64,000 nt of DNA from Vicugna vicugna (lineage: Eukaryota). Both the position numbers and the translations under genes were made by a program. Shown piece by piece: positions 56,881 through 64,000 of this stretch. Position 1 is the stretch's first letter. Each line of letters opens with the position of its first letter. The notes beneath the pieces were generated by a model. The model ran no database searches. It was not told the DNA's origin and saw only the letters and a program-made list of their open reading frames with translations. The DNA is taken from the NCBI GenBank assembly GCA_013265495.1, contig MU063101.1, positions 544,276-608,275 of the forward strand, written 5' to 3'.

Positions 56881-58856
56881 CTACTTGCTGATGAAGCTAA
56901 GAGCTTCTGAATCCTTCCCCAGGAGTCCACCATCTTGCACCAATTCTTAGTTGTACACTTGTTCTTTTGTAATTTAAAAACAAAAGTCATGGACTATTAC
57001 CCTACATGCCTGAGCGATTTCAGTTCTGGCTAAAGACTGCTACCAAATGCCAGAAGTCTGCACTCTTGAGAGCCTGTTCCAGGTCCTTTCCACCGGCCAT
57101 GCTGCCCACACCACCTCTGCTCTGCTGAGGCCAAGAAGCAGCACAGCACCTGGAGAGCCCTGCCACCTGGCCCTGCTGGTCCCTGCAGCACCATCATTCC
57201 ACTCCGAACTTCTCCCTGTCCTCCTGCGATACCAGCCATTATGAACCGGGGTGCTGGGCTCTAGTCCAGTTCCCCCTCCTCAGCTCTGCGTGCCACTCAC
57301 TCAAGATTTAGTTCTTTTTAAATTTTTTTTTCTTGAGGTATAGTCAGTTTACAATGTTTGTGTCAATTTCTGGTACAGCACAAAAGATTTCGTTCTTAAT
57401 GAGGCCCTTCTCCCCTGGAAACCTCATGCAGAGGTCCTAATTAGAGTACTGTGTTCCTCAGGAAATAGGTGAGCAGAACACATAAAGAAGACTGTTTTAT
57501 TCTTTGACCTGATGCTGTTTTAGGGCAGTTTTTTCAAGAGTGGGAAGGTACCAGATGCCCTAGAAATCTGATGCATCCATCTGGGACAAGAAGACAAAGA
57601 CTGACGGCAAGAGTGAGGCCAGGAAACTTATCTCTCAGGGGTTCTCTGGACTCCAAGGACCAGCCAGGGGTGTCCGTGGTCGTCCTCCTTGGTCATCTGT
57701 GCCACGGTAAGAGAGGCACGTGGTGCCCGGTGAAGGAAGGGCTACCAAGCTACGTCTTGCACTAACTCAGGCTTTCCACTCCTCTCTTCCCGCAAACATT
57801 TCCCTTCGCAATTCCCGACTCCCGGATAAAGGGATGCCATTTCCTTTGGGAGTCAGGCAGATTAGCTTTGACCAAGTGTAGATGTGAAGAGCTAGAAAAA
57901 TATCACCCACCTGTTCTTAAAAACTGTGGGCTATGTTTCAAACAAGACTTGGCTGAAAAAGGTGACTTCTGGTTTTAAATGCATAGGCCTCAATCAGCCT
58001 CACCTCCCAGCCTGGCTTCAGTAAGCAATAAGGGCCACACCCCACAACCATGGAGGGTGGACAATCCGGTCTTGGCTGCATCAGCTTCTGTCCATGTGTC
58101 AGGGGACTGGAGGGGGAGACCCCACACGTGTGACACGCGCTCATCTCAACCCTATGAGGTATTGGCGTTACTCAGGCCACTTATTGGACCAGAAAATGGA
58201 GGTTCAGAGAGATGAGCTGTGGTCAAGGTCACATAGCTGGTAGATGTCCAGGCAGAATCTGAATTCCAGTCTTTGGAATCCTACCTTCCCCTAAAACAGT
58301 CCATGTTACTCAGGACATCCCCGCCGCCCGCCCTCAGGAGCAGGTGGTGCGGTTTCCTGCTTTTTTTAACATGAAGTTTGGAGTTTAAATTTTCCTAAGG
58401 AGTTATTAAAAAAAAAGACCTTCAGCATCTTCTTTGACAAACCAAAAATTTAAGAATTACTGAGGTGGGAGCATATCTGAAGTTGATTTTTAAGTTTGAG
58501 AAGAGGGAAATGGCTGAAGGAAAAAAAAAAACCCTAATTCAGCAATAACATACCCTAAAGTTCAGCCTGACACTGTATCAGTAAGTAGGAATCCCATACA
58601 GGAGGGAGGACATAAGGGGAGAAGCCCAGTGGAACCGAGAACAGAACTGCCCAGGGCCTTGGTGTCCAACACCGGCCAGCCTCTTCAGAGAGTCCCACAG
58701 CCCCCAAGGTTCACAGGCAGGCTGGTGGCTCTCTCCACCGTGGGGATGAGACTGGCGTGGGAGGTACTGGCTGGGCCTGGTGGGCTTCACAGCAGAATTG
58801 AGGGGAGGCAAGGGGTGTCATCTTCACCAGCCTCTCTCAGGACCAACTTGTATTTT

Positions 58857-58862
58857 TTTATT
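58857..58862 (-). terminator. CFDP1: CFDP1 polyadenylation signal
   Basis: TTTATT on + (AATAAA on -), about 190 nt downstream of the CFDP1 stop. Confidence 0.7.
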
Positions 58863-59049
58863 TGTATTTTTTTAAGGGCAAATTTTTAAAAGTGAAATGA
58901 ATGAAACCACATGGGATCAAGATACAAAGACAGAAATTTGATGTAGAAAAAAGATCTCACTGGGAAACAGTTGAGAAACACAAGAACATTTCACAGACAA
59001 GAAGCTCACGTTGTAAACAGGATTATGCTGCTCTACGCTCCCCATCACA

Positions 59050-59140
59050 TCAGGGTTTCATTTTGCTCAGCCTGAGATCTCGCTCAATTTCAAACTGCCT
59101 GTGATCCACTCGGTCTAGAAAAGCCTTCCGTTCAATGTAC
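59050..59140 (-). CDS. CFDP1: Craniofacial development protein 1 (BCNT), last coding exon (partial gene; upstream exons lie beyond the window)
   Basis: ttccttccAG|G TAC ATT GAA CGG ... ATG AAA CCC TGA = (G)[29 protein letters not shown], the end of the conserved BCNT-C domain. Not captured by the ORF track. Confidence 0.95.
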
Positions 59141-60026
59141 CTGGAAGGAAATGAAGACGTCTGTCAGCATATCTAGTAAGAGAAAATGTCTCGTCTGCAC
59201 CTTCCCGTCCCCCCAGGTGTGAACGGGTCCACTTGGCCAGTGGGATCATCGGGTTACAGCAAACACGAACAGATGACCCCAGGTGGTGCCCAGAGTGACC
59301 ACCATGACTCTCCAGAAATCTGATTCAGACCACTCACATTTGGTCTCAACAAGGAAGTTTCTGGTTCAGATGTGAATTAAAATAAAATGACAAGGAGAAA
59401 GCAACAGCTTATCAAAGGGAAAGTATACTAGAGGCTGGAGGCAGGGAAGTGTTGCAGTTTTGTAAGCAGGTTTTAAGGAGGGAAGAACACGTGCTCAGTC
59501 AAGCCCAGGTTCACAGCCTGGCTCTGTTACAAGTTAGCTGGGCCGTGCTGGTCAAGGACCCAACATCTCTGAGCATTATTCTCAGCAGCAAAACAGTGAC
59601 ACGGTGTATCCTCACCTTGGTGGTGTGCTGAGCTGGTGCAGGAGAGAAATCTATGTACCCTGCACACATACATCCTACTGTGGGAAAAGGTGTGTCTGAA
59701 AAGGGGATAAACAGGGAAGTAAGAACTACTCTGAGGACTGCAGTGAACATAAAGTGAGCTGAGGTGCACATGGCGCTCACTGTGGAAGGGATTTAACTGT
59801 CTGCAGCAATTTCCCTCCCCTCACCCTTCCCTCCTCTCTGTGTATCCTCCACCCACAGGGGCCAGGTGCTTCCACGAGGATGACAGGAGAGGCCTTTCCC
59901 TAAATTTCTCCAAGGGAATGAGATCAAGTGCCTCTGTCGCCCACAGCCCACATTCAGGGTCCCCTAAAAGACCCAGCTGGAAACACAATGGCAGGGCCTG
60001 CTTGTAGGTTTGATGTCAGCCCTCAC

Positions 60027-60090
60027 GGTCAGGTTGTCAGATTTAGCAGGTGAGTACAGGATGCCCGGTGAAATTTCAATTTCGAATTCC
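60027..60090. mobile_element. MER53-like half element
   Basis: ggttgtcagatttagca...tacaggatgcccggtgaaatttcaatttc. Confidence 0.5.
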
Positions 60091-63059
60091 CTGGCAGATG
60101 GGGAAGCCACAGACACTGTGGGCCTCTTCTGATAAAGTGAAAAAACGGGAGATTGTGCTGGGAAGTAAACACACAACAGAACAAAGTCACCTTCCGTCTA
60201 TCACCAAGGGACCCTGACTCTCCAGTGGTGGTTACTGACTCAAAATCGAGGATGGGCTTCGTGACACTAAAACCATCATCCCTTCCCAGCCCACCGGCTC
60301 TGGGAGAGGATCGTTGCAATGTTAGTGGTTTGACGCAGGGTGCTTTAACTGCCCCTTGAAGTTCCAGCTCAAGAAAGGGGTGAGCTGTGGTACGAGAGGA
60401 CTTTAGGACCTGTTTCAAGAAAGTCATTACCCAGGGCTACCTGTTTGAGAGAGTGGACAAGGGTGAGCATTCGGGGTCCTTCTTTTCGACTTTCCTTTAA
60501 AGAAGAGGAAATGATACTTAAATTTGGATGCTCACTGAGCATGAATAATGACCTTGCAGGTTCCTGGAAGCTGTGCTGGGTCCAGCTGACCTTGAGAAGA
60601 TCAAAAGTAAGGCCAGGCTGGGTGCTAAACAGGCAGGTGCAGGCTGAGTTCAGGTTTAGGGAAGGCCTCAGGCAGCAAAGAAGGACACAAGTACAGAATG
60701 CAACCGAAGTCTCAAGGGCACCCTAGACAAAGGCAATCAAGGCAGGTTTGGCAACTTCATCCGCTCATTTGCAGCACCTACAGCTGTTGACAGGATCCCT
60801 GCGATGGCTTTGGTTTACTGCCAAGAGCTGACCAGGAACAACACTTCCACAGGACATGGACTCCGTCGCCACCGAGAGAGAAAAGGTGCTGAGGATGAGA
60901 CTGACTCTAACGTTTACTATGTTTGTGACTGTGGGCAAACCTGGTATTCAGTTTTTCTTACCTCTATAAAACAGGAATAAAGTTACAATACCCCTCTGAC
61001 AATGCAGGGGCGAGACTGAGAGAAGTACATTGTAAACAATAAAATCAAAAATGTCTCTGAGCAGTGTGGGACTCTTATGTCCCACTTCTGACCTGACTGT
61101 ATCACTACAAAGCCTCAGAACCAGGACAGCTGGAACAGGGGCCAAGGGACCAAATGCTCCAGAAGAAGAAGGGCTCATGCATAAGGCTGCCTCCTCCAAG
61201 GTGGCTGGAGGGGATGCCCTATTTAAATGGGTCTCAGGAAATTTTCTGGCACCTTAAGCAGGTTATAGTCCCAGAAGAGAACCACCAGCTGACAGATGCA
61301 GGGTTCTTTTCTGGTCTGTGCCCAGCACTCCTGGGGACCCAGCCTCCACAAGCAGGACCATCCCTTCCCATCACTAATGCCTCATGTGGCCCATTTAAGA
61401 GGCAGCAGCTCTTCACTGTCATTAATAAAATGTGCTAACAGCATCAAAACCTGAGTGATTTTCTAAGCTTTTCCTTTCAGAACCAGGTTAGACACAGCAG
61501 GCTGTCATCCTTTTCATCTTTCAACCCAAATTACTTTCACTGTAGGTCATCATCCACCCATCGGTCAGGGAAAGAAAGAGCACAAGGAGGTGCAGGGACC
61601 ATGAAGCAGGCACAGAGCTGAGGACATCTGAGGGCTGAATTCTTACTCTGCTCTGGGCAGAGCCAGCAGGCACTCCGTAGAGCACAAACCCGAGGAAGGC
61701 AGTGAACCAACACCAGAAAGTGACAGGCAACACAAGCACTCATAGGCTGGAATAAAGCTCCATGATGGATGTAATAAGAGACGCACTTTTTTGTCCTGAG
61801 AAATGCAAGGGAAAGAAGCAATCAGCCCAATATCGCAGGAGCCTCGTGGAAGAGGAGGTGACTTGCAAATGCCTCCAGGGCCAGAGTGATTTTAATTAAG
61901 TTTCTCCTCCACTGCTTTCCTCCCATCTCACCTCAAGGTTGTGCTGGTTCTGAAAGAGTGACTTTTGCAGGTCAAGGAGATAGATTCTTCGGAGAGAGAA
62001 AATTATTTTCTCTGGTCTCTCCTTCATGTCGTCCCAAATAACAAACACACATGGTTTCCAAACACGGGGTTCCATGACCTTCAATTTGATTGCCAGCAGC
62101 AGCCAAGACCAAGCCTGTCCTCTCATTCTCTCTGCATTGATCCTTCCCTGAGCCTGTCGGCCCCCGCCTCAGCAGTGTGGGAGAGGCACTGCTGATGGTG
62201 AACACTGCCGGGGAACCCGGCATGATCCGTTACAAGGCTAGAGGGAAGCAGTGCTACTGCCATGAATGCAGACTGCAAACATCAATCCCGAATTGCTGGA
62301 CCTCGCCCTGGGAATCTGGGGCTCAGAGGAAAAGCAGTGATTTTCTGCTGTGCAGCTGACTGTCTTTAGTACAGGCATTTTAAACAACTCTGCTGACTGA
62401 AAATGATGCCCGGGTGGAAACATCATTCTGATATATCATGACGTTTGTTCCTTGGGGGTTAATTCTAATCTTACTTGGTTCCAAAACAAAGCCATGGCTG
62501 TCTGATAGTGGGATGGGCATTTGCACAGCGCCATGGCTCAGCACCTGCTCCAGATGCTCCTCTGGGTGTGGGTGAGGGGTGAAGCAGACCCTGCCCTCGG
62601 GGGCTGACTGTATATGAAGCAAAACACACTGACACACCTGATCAGTTGACAGTGAGTGTGATGAAGATCAAACAGGGTGGTGGGACTGAGGGTTCCTGGG
62701 GTGGGGCTACTCCAGACACTGGCATCTGAGTGACAAACAAGAGCCCACTGTGGACGAGGACCTGAAGGAGCAGTGCAGAGACTGGGCTGCTATAAGCAGG
62801 GGAGAAGAAGGTAAGAGGTGGGCATGGGACAGCTCAGGGAGGGCCCGGGACACCAAGGGAAGGCGGTCAACACTGATTTCAAGTACTACTAGAGGGCTTT
62901 CAACAGGGAAAAGCTGACAAATGGTTTGTATTTTTTAAAAAATCAGGTTGGCTGTGATGAGAACGGAGGAGAGTGGAGGAGAGCGGAGGAGAGGTACATA
63001 TCGAGAAGCAGGGAGTAGAGCAGATGCCCGGGGCTTGTCCTGGAGAGATGGCAGGTGTG

Positions 63060-63620
63060 CTGCACTGAAATTCTATCTTATGATAGAAGTGTCTAGTGAC
63101 TTTCAGGATGTGAGTGGAAAGAGGATAACTTCTAGGGTTTCCTTTCATTAGCTGGGTGGATGACTTTCTGAGATGAGTGGTGCCATTTTCTGAGTAGTCT
63201 GAGGAAGAAGTTTGCTTATGGAAAGAAACCAAGTACAGGTTTCTCCCGCTACCTGAAAGTAGGACATTCCCATGACATCTCTCTGAGCTGAAATGGTGTC
63301 AAGTTATCTTTTTTGTGAAAACAAAAATCCTCTTCAGGTTTTTTTTCAGTTAGTGAGAACATGTAGAGCAATATTAATGCAGGTCTTTCATAAAAGCCAA
63401 GTGGTGTAAAGTGAACTTTTGAAAAGAGAGGGATACCTGTATTTGGTTTTGGACATTAAGTTTGATATGTGTCTGGGACATGCAAATGGAGATGTCAACT
63501 AAACAGCTGATACTGGAGTCTGGAGTTCAGTGGGATGGTCGGTCAGGCAGGGGATGGCTTTTTTGGAGTCATCAGCAGAAAAGTACCTAAGCCGTGGAAC
63601 TAGTGTGCTTTCCTGAGGGA
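63060..63620 (+). mobile_element. L2 LINE relic
   Basis: tttggttttggacattaagtttgatatg...catgcaaatggagatgtcaact...cagctgatactggagtctggagttcag...ttggagtcatcagc. Confidence 0.65.
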
Positions 63621-64000
63621 GAGAATGTGAGGAGAGATGGCTGCTTAGCACTCAGCCCTGGGACTTCCCTACTTTAAAAGCCCAGAGAAGACAGGCCAGC
63701 CAGGCAGACTGAGAGGAGACGCCCCCAAGCTGTGCTGGCCACAGTTGTGGGAAGTATTCCTGAAGGGCAGGCGGGAATATACCAGGAAGGGATTTAGAAG
63801 AATAAAACACCTGGCCTTCCAGTGATGCCCTAGACTTGGCATGGTCAGTATTGGCAGATGGAATAAAGAAGAGTGGGCAGGAGACTTGGTGTGGGGGGGT
63901 AGGGTGTGGGAGAAGGGAGGGGAATCCTATCTATAAACATGCTACACATTCCCCTACTCATTTAATTCCCATAATAAACCTGAGAGTATAGTGAAGTTTC

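Noticed and set aside
44505-59140. CFDP1-BCAR1 read-through fusion protein (same strand, about 14 kb apart)
   Set aside because: The CFDP1 last intron is phase 2 while the BCAR1 exon 2 acceptor is phase 0, so skipping into BCAR1 would be out of frame; there is no sequence evidence of read-through.
59050-64000. Ruminant-type CFDP2 (p97Bcnt, RTE endonuclease-containing) paralog
   Set aside because: The exon present is the ancestral BCNT-C terminus; I saw no RTE/Bov-B-like sequence in the window.

Overview
This is mammalian genomic DNA, probably camelid (inferred from a short tRNA-derived SINE family present three times), syntenic with the human 16q23.1 CTRB-BCAR1-CFDP1 region. It contains two intact, tandem, 7-exon chymotrypsinogen genes on the + strand (1861-4703 and 5248-8865, 263 aa each). 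BCAR1/p130Cas follows on the - strand (coding exons 10309-22603, alternative first exons at 32098-32112 and 44493-44504 in two CpG islands), and a 156-nt N gap hides most of its SH3 coding sequence. The last coding exon of CFDP1 lies at 59050-59140 (- strand). The remainder is intron or intergenic sequence with L1, L2, MIR, MLT and MER relics and microsatellites. Nearly all entries in the six-frame ORF track are spurious, because the real genes are spliced. I found no prokaryote-type system (CRISPR, operon) and no clearly new multi-gene system. The best lead is the second chymotrypsinogen: an intact but strongly divergent paralog with remodelled specificity and calcium loops, an N-glycosylation sequon and an old gene-conversion tract. 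It may be the functional counterpart of a copy lost in humans.
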